DNA of 63,984 nt, filler included, from Malassezia furfur (lineage: Eukaryota): assembly GCA_052055015.1 (NCBI GenBank). It is 9 parts of 9 records of this genome, joined end to end, with 100 filler letters (N's around TTAATTAATTAA, not from the genome) between each part and the next. Parts side by side here need not be neighbours in the genome. Positions count along the whole stretch, not along the records: positions 43,551 to 50,624 come from JBQJIT010000512.1; positions 50,725 to 57,791 come from JBQJIT010000513.1; 7 more parts are not named here. One strand, written 5' to 3'. Below are positions 43,551-52,841 of this stretch, piece by piece. A program made the position numbers and the translations under genes. The notes beneath the pieces were generated by a model. It had not been told where the DNA came from. It did not search any database and saw only the letters and a list, made by a program, of their open reading frames with translations. Position 1 is the stretch's first letter, and each line of letters starts with the position of its first letter.

Positions 43551-44318
43551 CCGAGCGCCACACGCTCGCCGCCGTCACCCGAGGCGCCGCCCGCGGCCTC
43601 GGTCGAGGCGCTTCAGGCGCGTCTGGACGAGCTTGGCGCGCTGATTCTGCGGGGCGGCACGGCGGCGGCCGCCGAGGAGCCTGTGGCGCCGCACCCCGTG
43701 TCGCCGGCCAAGCAGCGCGGCTTCACCTTTGACGACCCGCTGCCGCTCGTGCAAGAGAAGCTGCATGCGGCGCTGTCAAAAATCGCGCGGCTCGAGCGCA
43801 AGTTGGCGGCGCGCATGTCGCTCCCCGGCGCTCCAACGTCCGGTGACGCTGCCAAGGACGCGCGCATCGAGGCGCTTCTGCAGCGCGTCCAGGAGCTCGA
43901 GACCGTGTGTGCCGCCCAAGCCGCCGAGGCGCCGGTCGCCCTTCGCGACGACGTCGAGGCCGAGTTCCGCGCGGAGCTCGATGCGGCCGCCCGGCGGATC
44001 GCCGAGCGCGATGCGTTCCTCGCCGAGGTCACCCACGAGTGTGAGCGGCTGCGACGCGCCAACGCACAGCTCGTGCGGCTGGCGCACCAGGATACCGAAA
44101 AGATGGTCGCTTCGCTCGCACGGCGGCCGGAGCGGCCGGTGATGTCGCTCTTTGCACCGCACCTGCGCCCCGCGACGGTGCTGGGCGGAGTCGCCGCGTC
44201 GCTGCCCACGACGCCGGCGCGCGCATGGGACGCGCCGATCTCGATCGACGGCACGGAAAGCGATACGCTCTCGACGAGCGATTTGGACGACGTACTTGAG
44301 TCGCGGGACAGTTTGTAA
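43551..44318 (+). CDS. C-terminal coiled-coil fragment, possibly a kinesin-7 (Kip2/CENP-E-like) tail; 5' truncated
   Basis: Open frame from the contig edge with strong heptad pattern (LQARLDELGALIL..VQEKLHAALSKIARLERKL..VQELETV..LRDDVEAEF). No motor domain is in the window, so the family call is weak. Confidence 0.6.
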   Translation, partial: PSATRSPPSPEAPPAASVEALQARLDELGALILRGGTAAAAEEPVAPHPVSPAKQRGFTFDDPLPLVQEKLHAALSKIARLERKLAARMSLPGAPTSGDAAKDARIEALLQRVQELETVCAAQAAEAPVALRDDVEAEFRAELDAAARRIAERDAFLAEVTHECERLRRANAQLVRLAHQDTEKMVASLARRPERPVMSLFAPHLRPATVLGGVAASLPTTPARAWDAPISIDGTESDTLSTSDLDDVLESRDSL

Positions 44319-44442
44319 TGGATAGGTCGCGAATGCTACGGAGCGCCCGCGAACACCACCAAGTTGGTCGCAGCAGACGGGAAGAAGGGCTGGGTATACG
44401 GCCGCGGCCCTAGGCGGCGCCGGCGGCGCCGGCGGCTGGTAT

Positions 44443-45432
44443 CTAGGCGCGGTCGGGCGAGATGCTCATGGCGCGGTCGGGCGAAATGCTGCGACGGTCG
44501 GGCGAAATGCTGCGACGGTCGGGCGAAATGCTGCGGCGGTCGGGCGAAATACTGCGACGGTCGGGCGAAATGCTGCGGCGATCTGGCGAGATGCTGCGGT
44601 CCGACCCGGCTGCGCGATCGGGCGAGACGCTGCGCGAGCGCATGTACCGTGCACGCAGACGCTCTTCGTCAGACTCGGACTGCTGCGAGCCAAACTCGTC
44701 TTCGTCATCGTCGTCGTCGCTGCGCATACCGCGCGCGTGCGCCTCGATGCGCTTACGCGCTGCACGCGTTTCGTCGGCATGCGCGCGCTTTTCGTCGCGC
44801 TCGCGACGCAGCCGGTCCAGGCTGTCGTCGCTGTCGTAGCCGCGCTCGAGGCCTGGCGCATCGCCAAGGACGAGCGCTTCTTCGAGCTTCGAGGTACGTG
44901 GCCGGAGCCCCTCGTTTTCTTCGAGCACGGAACGTTTGGTGAGGCGGGGCATGATGAGGTCACACACGCGCTCCTCGTTCAGTAGCTGATCCACAAATTC
45001 GTCCATGTGCGAGAGCGAGTATTGTCCTGCGGTGTCGCGGTAGCGCAGTTTGTGGTAATCATTGAGCAGGGGCTCGAGTAGCTCGTATACCTCGATCGAA
45101 GGGAACGTCATGCGGACGTACATCGCTGCAAGCGCGCGCAGGTACTTGAGGTCGCCGGCGGCCAGGTACTCGAGCACGATCTCGCGATCCGGTTGGATCT
45201 GGAGCAGTTTGCACACGAGGCACAGGAAGGGGCTCGGGCGCAGCATGCCGTAGGTCCCACCGACGTATTCCAGCTCGACGGCCTTGTCGATGAGTGTCTC
45301 GGCGGTGAGCGCAAAGCATTCGTGCTTCCAATACATCGAGTCATAGATCCGTGCGCGCACCACGCGCTCGATCAAGAACTGCGGATTTGTCCCATGGATC
45401 GTGTGCGCGCCGCGCACGGTCGTGTTCGCCAT
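44443..45432 (-). CDS. PRP38: Pre-mRNA splicing factor Prp38 (PRPF38A type)
   Basis: MAN.T...AHTIHGTNPQFLIE...RARIYDS.YWKHECFALTAE, PSPFLCL..KLLQIQP, KYLRALAAMYVR, LEPLL.DY.KLR and HMDEFVDQLL. Confidence 0.95.
   Translation of the reverse strand: MANTTVRGAHTIHGTNPQFLIERVVRARIYDSMYWKHECFALTAETLIDKAVELEYVGGTYGMLRPSPFLCLVCKLLQIQPDREIVLEYLAAGDLKYLRALAAMYVRMTFPSIEVYELLEPLLNDYHKLRYRDTAGQYSLSHMDEFVDQLLNEERVCDLIMPRLTKRSVLEENEGLRPRTSKLEEALVLGDAPGLERGYDSDDSLDRLRRERDEKRAHADETRAARKRIEAHARGMRSDDDDDEDEFGSQQSESDEERLRARYMRSRSVSPDRAAGSDRSISPDRRSISPDRRSISPDRRSISPDRRSISPDRRSISPDRAMSISPDRA
44446..44635 (-). repeat. Coding 21-bp minisatellite encoding S(I/V)SPDRR heptads
   Basis: Unit tcgggcgaaatgctgcgacgg on the plus strand; seven SISPDR copies plus one SVSPDR at the Prp38 C-terminus. 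Confidence 0.92.
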
Positions 45433-45556
45433 CGCGTCGTGCGCCGGGGGAGAAGCGTCGCGTCACGTGGCTGGGAGGGCAAAGCCGCGCGCGGTGCGGC
45501 GTGGAGAGTTCACGCTGGGCCCCCACGCGTGCAGGACCGAAGCCGAACAAGCCGCC

Positions 45557-48500
45557 ATGTCACGGTTTGTGTCCGCGGGCGAGGCGGACTACGAGTCGCT
45601 CGAGCAGAAGCTGCTCCTGCGGCAATCGGTCGAAGAGTCCGGGGACGCGCCCCGCGCGCAGCCCGGCACGTTTGATGCGCAGGACGCCGATTTGGAGGCG
45701 CAGGCGTCGCCCACGACGTCGTCGCCCGTGTCGGTGCGGGCGTCGAGCCGCTCCACGCGCAGATCCGCGCGCCCCGCGTCGCACCGGCGCAACTCGGACG
45801 TGGATGCGGCGCCACCTGCTCCCGACCACCGCACGGCCGACGGCGGGGGCGATACGAGCCACAGCACGGCGGGCGGGCGGCGCGTGTCGGGCGGAACGCC
45901 GCACGGTGCCGAGGGCGTCCCGCGCAAGCTCGGGACGTGGGACGGAGTGTTTATGCCGGTGACGCTGAATGTGCTGGGCATCATCCTGTTCCTGCGCTTT
46001 GGCTTTATCCTGGGCCAGGCGGGCCTGCTGGGCTCGCTGCTGCTGCTCGTGTTAAGCTACGGCGTGGACACGCTGACGGTGCTGAGTCTGAATGCGATCA
46101 GCACCAATGGCCAAGTGCGCGGCGGCGGCGCGTACTATCTGATTTCGCGCTCGCTTGGCCCCGAGTTTGGTGGATCGATTGGCCTGGTGTTCTTTTTCGG
46201 ACAGGCGTTCAATGCGGCGATGAACGTGCTGGGCTGCGTCGAGAGTCTCGTGGGCGCGATCGGCGTGTCGCGCGGTGGCCACGGATTTTTGCCCGAGGGT
46301 TCATGGTACTTGTATCTGTACGGGACGCTGGTGCTGTGGATCAGCACGCTGGTGTGCCTATTTGGCTCGTCGCTGTTCTCGCGCGCGACGCTGATGCTCG
46401 CCGTGGTACTGAGTTTGGCGGTGATCAGCATCCCCGTGTCGGCGCTGGTGGTGCCGCCGTTTGAGGACGCGGCGCGCGACGTGTACTACTCGAGCTGGTC
46501 CTGGACGACGTTTTCCGAGAATTTGTGGCCGCACTTTACCGCCAACGCCGCGGGCTCCTCGACGGCGCCCGCACGCGAGTCGTGGCGCTCCGTGTTCGGC
46601 GTGCTGTTCCCCGCGGTGTGCGGCATTCTCGCCGGGGCGTCCATGTCGGGCGATTTGCGCAAGCCGAGCAAGAGCATCCCCAAGGGCACCAACTGGTCGC
46701 TGGTGTTTACCTTTGCGCTGTACGTGTTTGCGTTTGTGATCATGGCCGCGACGATCCCGCGCGAGTCACTCTACCGCAACGTGGGCATCGTCGGCGACGT
46801 GGCGCTCTGGCCTGCGGTTGTCGTGTTTGGCGAGCTGGCGTCGTGCGCGTTCTCCGCGCTGATGGGCGTCATGGCGTGTGCCAAGGTACTGCAGGCGATT
46901 GCGCGCGACGATCTCCTGCCGTTGTTGACCGTCTTTGCGCAAGGCACCGCGCGTGGCGACGTGCCCATCGCGGCGTTGTTCGCGACGGCGCTCGTGTGCC
47001 AGCTCGTCCTGATGCTCGACTCGATCAACCTGATTGCGCAGCTCGTCACCATGACGACGCTGCTCACTTTTGCGGTGCTGTGTGCGGCGACGTTTGCGCT
47101 CAAGGCCGGCGGTGCGCCCTCGTTCCGCCCGTCATTCCGCTACTGGAACATTTGGACGGCGGGTGCGGGCACGGTGGTGTCGTTTGGCGCGATGCTGTTT
47201 GCCGATGCGTATGTCGCGCTGGTGTGCGTTGCGGTGACCGCGCTGCTGTTCATCATGATCCAGGTGTTTTGCCCGCCGAAGCCGTGGGGCGACGTGTCGC
47301 ACAACGTGACGTACCACTTTGTGCGCAAGTACCTCTTGCGCCTCGACGAGCGCAAGGGCCACGTCAAGTACTGGCGCCCGCAGATCCTGCTCTTGGCCAA
47401 CAACCCGCGCCACGAGTGGAACCTGATCATCTTCTGCAACTCGCTCAAAAAGGGCGCGCTCTACGTCCTCGGCCACGTGCTCAAGGGCGACTTCCAGCGG
47501 TGCCTGCCCGAGCTGCGCCAGCAGCACCTCGCATGGCTCAAGCTGGTGGACGTGAGCGGCGTCAAGTCGTTTGTCGACGTGGTGATTGCCCGCGACGAGC
47601 GTGAGGGCGCACGCAACCTCATCCTGTCGTGCGGTCTCGGGGGGATGCGACCCAACATCATCGTGCTCGGCTTCCCTGCCGAGCTCCAGCGCCCACGCAC
47701 CGTGCCGCGCACCATGCCGGGCGCGCCCGCCGGGCCGGCCAGCGCCGCGACGCCGCTGCTGCCGGACCTGCGCGCGCTCCCGACCGACACGGCGCGCAAA
47801 GAGACGCCCATCCGCCCCGAGACGTTTGTCGGGATCCTCGAGGACGCGCTGGCGCTCAACAAGGCGCTCGCTGTGGCGTACGGCTTCGAGTCGATGTGCC
47901 TCCCCGGCCCGTCCAAGGTCGCGCACTACCGCCATGGCGACGCCGAGCGCTACATCGACCTGTGGCCCATCCAGATCGCGACGCATGCAGCTTCCGAGGC
48001 GCCGACGTGGGACACGTATACCATGGTGCTGCAGCTCGGCACCATCCTCTCGTTTACCGGCACGTGGAGCCGGCACAAGCTGCGCGTAAGCGTGTTTGTA
48101 GAGCATGCGGAGGAGGTGGCCTCGGAGCGCACGCGCGTGCGTACGCTGCTCGACAACCTGCGCATCCCCGCGGCGCTGCGCGTCTTCTGCCTGTCGTCGG
48201 GCGCCGTGCCGCGCTACGACGCGATCGTGCGCGGGAAGCGCGCACTCGACCCCGAGGTCAGTGAGGCGCTCCACGACGACCCGTGGTGGACGCACGTGTG
48301 TGCCGCGCTCGCCGCGCAGCAGGCGGCCGCCCAGCGCCGCTCGGAACCAATCGACCTCGCGCGCCGCGACGCCGGCGACGCGCCCGGCACACCTGGCGGC
48401 CATGCGCGGCCAAGCAAGCGTAGCCAGCGGCTGTTTGGCGTGAGCTTGCCGGAGGAGCACCTCGCGTACCACTACAACAACATCCGCATCGGTCTCGCGC

Positions 48501-49252
48501 ACCCGCGCTCGCACAGCACCGCCGAGGACGACAGCGAGAGCGACTCGGACGTCGATGCGCCAGAAGACACCTACGACGAGCTCGAGGGCGAGCTGGCGCG
48601 CCTCGCTGTCGATTGGGACCCCAAGTACCTGATGCGCGGCCGCCGCCCGCCGCGCGACCACGGGCAGGTCGAGCTGAGCGGCACGCCGACGTACGGCACG
48701 CTGAGCTCCTCGCAGCAGACCGTGACACTGTCGCGCGTGCGCTCGTCGCGCGCGTCGCGCTCGACGCCGCCGCCGCCGTCGTCAGCAGGAAGCGACGCGT
48801 ACGTCGAACACACCCCGCGGCGCTCGTCGGTGCTGCGCGGTGCGGTGCGCCCAAGCGTCGAGGCGCCGAGTGCCGCGCCGCACGACGCGTACAGCAACGC
48901 GAGCAGCCCCGTGTCGTCGCGCGCCACGTCGCGGTCTGCGTCGCGGTCCGCGTCGCGCAGCGCGTCGATGGCGGCGCCCGGCGCGGTTGCCGCGAGTGGC
49001 GACGCGTTCCAGCTGTCGTTCAACGAGCTGCCGAACCTCGCGCAGTACCTCATCCTGAACGAGCTGATCCGCACCAACTCGGACGCGAGCACCTCGGTGC
49101 TGCTTACCGCGCTGCCTGCGCCCGAGCCGGGCACCTCGACGAGCCACGAGCAGAGCAAGACGTACCTGCAGCAGCTGCAGCGTCTCTACGGTGGGGGGCC
49201 GCCCGTAATGGGGGTGCATGCCACGACGCTGACCATGACCATGTCTTTGTAG
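45557..49252 (+). CDS. VHC1: Cation-chloride cotransporter (SLC12A9/Vhc1-like)
   Basis: KLGTWDGVF, GIILFLRFG, AISTNGQVRGGGAYYLISRSLGPEFGGSIG, FPAVCGILAGASMSGDL, PSFRPSF, HVKYWRPQILL and GLGGMRPN. Confidence 0.93.
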   Translation: MSRFVSAGEADYESLEQKLLLRQSVEESGDAPRAQPGTFDAQDADLEAQASPTTSSPVSVRASSRSTRRSARPASHRRNSDVDAAPPAPDHRTADGGGDTSHSTAGGRRVSGGTPHGAEGVPRKLGTWDGVFMPVTLNVLGIILFLRFGFILGQAGLLGSLLLLVLSYGVDTLTVLSLNAISTNGQVRGGGAYYLISRSLGPEFGGSIGLVFFFGQAFNAAMNVLGCVESLVGAIGVSRGGHGFLPEGSWYLYLYGTLVLWISTLVCLFGSSLFSRATLMLAVVLSLAVISIPVSALVVPPFEDAARDVYYSSWSWTTFSENLWPHFTANAAGSSTAPARESWRSVFGVLFPAVCGILAGASMSGDLRKPSKSIPKGTNWSLVFTFALYVFAFVIMAATIPRESLYRNVGIVGDVALWPAVVVFGELASCAFSALMGVMACAKVLQAIARDDLLPLLTVFAQGTARGDVPIAALFATALVCQLVLMLDSINLIAQLVTMTTLLTFAVLCAATFALKAGGAPSFRPSFRYWNIWTAGAGTVVSFGAMLFADAYVALVCVAVTALLFIMIQVFCPPKPWGDVSHNVTYHFVRKYLLRLDERKGHVKYWRPQILLLANNPRHEWNLIIFCNSLKKGALYVLGHVLKGDFQRCLPELRQQHLAWLKLVDVSGVKSFVDVVIARDEREGARNLILSCGLGGMRPNIIVLGFPAELQRPRTVPRTMPGAPAGPASAATPLLPDLRALPTDTARKETPIRPETFVGILEDALALNKALAVAYGFESMCLPGPSKVAHYRHGDAERYIDLWPIQIATHAASEAPTWDTYTMVLQLGTILSFTGTWSRHKLRVSVFVEHAEEVASERTRVRTLLDNLRIPAALRVFCLSSGAVPRYDAIVRGKRALDPEVSEALHDDPWWTHVCAALAAQQAAAQRRSEPIDLARRDAGDAPGTPGGHARPSKRSQRLFGVSLPEEHLAYHYNNIRIGLAHPRSHSTAEDDSESDSDVDAPEDTYDELEGELARLAVDWDPKYLMRGRRPPRDHGQVELSGTPTYGTLSSSQQTVTLSRVRSSRASRSTPPPPSSAGSDAYVEHTPRRSSVLRGAVRPSVEAPSAAPHDAYSNASSPVSSRATSRSASRSASRSASMAAPGAVAASGDAFQLSFNELPNLAQYLILNELIRTNSDASTSVLLTALPAPEPGTSTSHEQSKTYLQQLQRLYGGGPPVMGVHATTLTMTMSL

Positions 49253-49317
49253 GGATGTACAGTCCAAAAACGTAACCCAAAGCGCTATGGGGGGGGAGGC
49301 CCGCGTGAATCGCCGCC

Positions 49318-50624
49318 TCACGCGACCTTGCCAGCGAGGTTGCGCAGAAGCGGCACGTTGAGGTACGCCGGGCAGTACGTCTCGATGCCCGTCACCTCGC
49401 GCGGCGCCGGCAGTTCATAGGGGCCCGCCTCGTCGACCTCGGGCGGGAGTAGGAGGTGGTCGTTGCGGTCGTTGGGCACGACGCGGCTCGCGACGGCCTT
49501 GAGAATCTCGGGGGAGATGGGGTTCTCGTAGTCGGCGACGTGGTAGTGGCTGATGAGCTTCTGGATCTGCGTGGGGGTCAGCATCCAGCAGACATCGTAG
49601 ATGATGTCGATGTCGCTCATCGTCGCCTTTTTGAGCTGCAGCAGCTTGGTCGCCTGCAAGAGGTGCTCGAGCTGCAGCGAGCCCTCGGGCATGTCGTGCG
49701 ACTTGCACCACTCCTCGAGGCGCGTGATGTTGTACTGGATCTGCATCGCGCGCTTCCACGAGCAAAAGTTGCGCCGCATCAGCAAGTCGTTGAACGACGT
49801 CACACCGATCATCTTGAGCAGCTCTGTGATGACCTGCTGCGTGACGCTCGGCTCCACGTAGTAGCTCTTGAGGCACTTCCACGTCTTGTTCAGCAGCGCG
49901 AGGATGTCGTCCATCGTGTACGTCGGCGCATGGTTCCCGGCAAGGAGCCGGTTCAGCAGGCGGCCACCCGAGTCGTTCGTGATGAAGCCGGGCAGCGACT
50001 GCGACTCGACCAGCGCGGGGACAACCATCTTGTTCAGCAGCTTCTTGGACTGCTGCATCCATGTGTGATAGATGTTGTACTCGAGCGAGTCGAGGTCGTG
50101 CTTGACGATCGTCACCAGCCGCTCGTAGTCACCCCACTCAAAGTCGCGCGCCGAGCCATCCAGCCCAGGGCCGACGCCTTGGAGCATGTCGCTCTCGGCG
50201 ATGCACACAAACGAGAGAATTTCGTGCACGTTGCTCAGCCAAAAGATGCCGGGAATGATGGCGTCGTCCCCGTGGAAGTCCATGACGTGCTGCTGGATCG
50301 TCTGCATGACGTTCGCCAGGAAGCGCTCCGACTCGTGCACCAATCCGTACTTCCACATCTCGTTGGTCACCAGCGAGATCAGGTGCGCGGGGAACAGCAC
50401 CTCTTTCATCGACGGCGGGTTCTGCAGCGAGGGCGCAGGCACCTTGAGGTAGCGGATCAGGCCCTCGAGGACGTCCTCGTCGAGCTGCGCCTCGTTTTCG
50501 AGCAGCTCGATGATCTCCTCCGCGGGCACCTCGGGATCGTCGCGCACCTCGTCCACGACGTCGGCCGCAGCAGGCACCGCCTCGTCGGGCAGCGGCGGGA
50601 GCGGCGCCTCGGTCGCGAGCGGCG
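49318..50624 (-). CDS. MYO2: Class V myosin cargo-binding (DIL) tail; 5' truncated
   Basis: EVLFPAHLI, ESERFLANVMQTIQQHV, FWLSNVHE, VKHDLDSLEYNIYHTW, FNDLLMRRNFCSWKRAMQIQYNITRLEEWCKSH and LEHLLQATKLLQLKK. Confidence 0.95.
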
Positions 50625-50724
50625 NNNNNNNNNNNNNNNNNNNNNNNNNNNNNNNNNNNNNNNNNNNNTTAATTAATTAANNNNNNNNNNNNNNNNNNNN
50701 NNNNNNNNNNNNNNNNNNNNNNNN
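50625..50724. other. Artificial contig linker
   Basis: N44-TTAATTAATTAA-N44. Confidence 0.97.
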
Positions 50725-50744
50725 CTTCCGCGCGGGTCACCACG

Positions 50745-52841
50745 ATGCTCCCCAACGAGGTCCTGCTCACGCAGCAAGGTCCGCTTGCGCGGGTCTGGCT
50801 CGCGGCACACTGGGAGCGCAAGCTCAACAAGGCGCAGTTCCTCCAGACCGATATCCCGGCGAGCGTCGAGACGATCGTCGGCGAGGGCGAGGAGGACGCG
50901 CCGGTTGCACTGCGCCTGAGTGGGCAGCTGCTGCTGGGCATCGTACGCATCTACTCGCGCAAGGCCAAATACCTCGAGGATGACTGCAATGACGCCCTGC
51001 TCCGCATCCAGGTCGCGTTCCGCGGCGCGAACGCCGTCATCGACCTCTCGCACGACCAGCAAAACGTGTCGCGCGCGGCCATTACGCTGCCAGACACGCT
51101 CAGCGTCGCCGATTTGCTGATGCCCGAGCCCGCGTACGTGGCGCCCGCCGCAGTGGTGGCCGCTCATACGCGGCACTCGGCGCGGCCAGCCGACATCACG
51201 CTGCCCGACACGCAGCTCGCGTCGATGGACGTGGATATACCCTCCTACGAGCCCGACTCGCTCCTTGGCGGCGCGCTCGCAGACCTGGATACCTCGACGC
51301 AGTTCGACCTCGGCATCGAGGACGACAGAGCAGCGGCGCGTCCGCCAACCAAGCGCCCGCGCGAGTGGCGTCCGCGCGGCAGCACCTCGCGGCGGTCCAC
51401 GGCGAGCGACGCACGCCGGACCGAGACCGGCGTAGCAGATACAAGCCGCGCAGATACGAGTGTGGGCGACGCATCGCTCGCGCCGACAGATGCGGACGAC
51501 TCGTACGCTAGCGTCGGTGTGGGTCGTGACGCGTCGCTCGCGCCGGCGTCGGCCGCCGAGCATGTGCGCTCGCTGCTGGGCGACGTCGACCTGTCGATGG
51601 ACTTTTCGATGGATGCACTCGACTTGCCTACCCATACCTGTACGTGCTCTGGTACTGACGCAGCGACGCCCCCACGCCCCACGGAGCCGCCGCGCGCCGC
51701 GACACCCGTGCCCGACGTGTCGCTGGAACAGGCGATCGGCGCGCACACCGAAGCGCCGCTTACGCCGCGCACCGCCGCCAAGCTGCGGAGCGCAGCACTG
51801 GCACGCGCGGATGCCGCGCCCAAGGGACAGCGCAAGCGCCCGCTCCAGGACTCGGTCACGGACCTGGGCCGCTCGCACATGCTGCAGCTGCGCTCGGCGG
51901 CCGCGACTATGACCACGTCACCGCACGAGCTGCGCTGCCTGCCAGCGTCGCGCATGCAGCTTGCCATGCTTCTGGCGCCCAAAGACTTGGCGCGTGACGC
52001 ACAGCGCATGATGTCGATGCTGTGGGGCGCCGCGTACACCGAATATGCGCCGTCGATCGCACGGGCGATGCGCCTCGACGCACGCAAGCAGCATGCGCCG
52101 CCGCACTACGACCGGCAGCAGTGGCTGCGCGACGTGCACGACGAGGCCGTGCGCCTGAACCGCGACGAGGACGAGTTCCCGCACGAGGTCGGGCGCCGCG
52201 CATCCGATGCGCCGTGGCTCACCGAGGACGTGCGCTTTGCGGACGTGAGCAACGCAACGGCCGCCTCGCTCGGCGCGGATGCCAGCGTCGACAAGAGCCT
52301 GCCGCCCGCCGACTTTTCCATGAACGACGTGCCGGAGCTGCCACCGCTTCCCGCCCCAGACACGAGCCGCGACGCGCCGGCTGCTGCGCCGGCACAGCCC
52401 GAGCCGATGCACGAGGACGAGCCGCATGCGCTTCGCCGCTCGTCGCGCCGGCGTGCACCGTCGCCGACGCCGACAGGCCGCCTGCCCGAGGTGCGTCTCG
52501 GTACGCCCGAGGCCGAGGAGCGCGCGTGGCACCCGACGCCGGTCGCCGAGGATGCGCCGCTCGCAGCGTTTGAGACGCGCGCGCGCGAACAGCCGCGCGA
52601 CGCTTCGCTCGCGCACTGGGACGCGAGTACGCTGCAGGCGATGCACGTGCTCAAGAGCACGATGCACGACGAGCACACCACCTTCGAAACGCTCGCGCGC
52701 AGTGCGAGCCGGCGTGCGGCCGCGGGCTTCTTCTTCGAGATGCTCGTGCTCGGCACCAAGAACTGTGTGCAGCTCGAGCAAGAGGAGCCGTACGGAGATG
52801 TGGACATTACCGCCAAGCCGGCGCTCTACACTTCGCCTTAG
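50745..52841 (+). CDS. RAD21: Cohesin kleisin Rad21/Scc1/Mcd1; probable in-frame 24-nt intron at 51640-51663
   Basis: N-terminal GPLARVWLAAHWERKL..ALRLSGQLLLGIVRIYSRKAKYL..DC and C-terminal winged helix RRAAAGFFFEMLVL.T...V.LEQ.EPYGDV. Confidence 0.96.
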   Translation: MLPNEVLLTQQGPLARVWLAAHWERKLNKAQFLQTDIPASVETIVGEGEEDAPVALRLSGQLLLGIVRIYSRKAKYLEDDCNDALLRIQVAFRGANAVIDLSHDQQNVSRAAITLPDTLSVADLLMPEPAYVAPAAVVAAHTRHSARPADITLPDTQLASMDVDIPSYEPDSLLGGALADLDTSTQFDLGIEDDRAAARPPTKRPREWRPRGSTSRRSTASDARRTETGVADTSRADTSVGDASLAPTDADDSYASVGVGRDASLAPASAAEHVRSLLGDVDLSMDFSMDALDLPTHTCTCSGTDAATPPRPTEPPRAATPVPDVSLEQAIGAHTEAPLTPRTAAKLRSAALARADAAPKGQRKRPLQDSVTDLGRSHMLQLRSAAATMTTSPHELRCLPASRMQLAMLLAPKDLARDAQRMMSMLWGAAYTEYAPSIARAMRLDARKQHAPPHYDRQQWLRDVHDEAVRLNRDEDEFPHEVGRRASDAPWLTEDVRFADVSNATAASLGADASVDKSLPPADFSMNDVPELPPLPAPDTSRDAPAAAPAQPEPMHEDEPHALRRSSRRRAPSPTPTGRLPEVRLGTPEAEERAWHPTPVAEDAPLAAFETRAREQPRDASLAHWDASTLQAMHVLKSTMHDEHTTFETLARSASRRAAAGFFFEMLVLGTKNCVQLEQEEPYGDVDITAKPALYTSP

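Noticed and set aside
12977..52841. Apparent chromosome-segregation cluster (gamma-tubulin, CENP-C, RAD21, kinesin-like) and sterol/lipid cluster (ERG4, FMP27, SCAP)
   Set aside because: The genes lie on different contigs ordered only by size, so there is no physical linkage.
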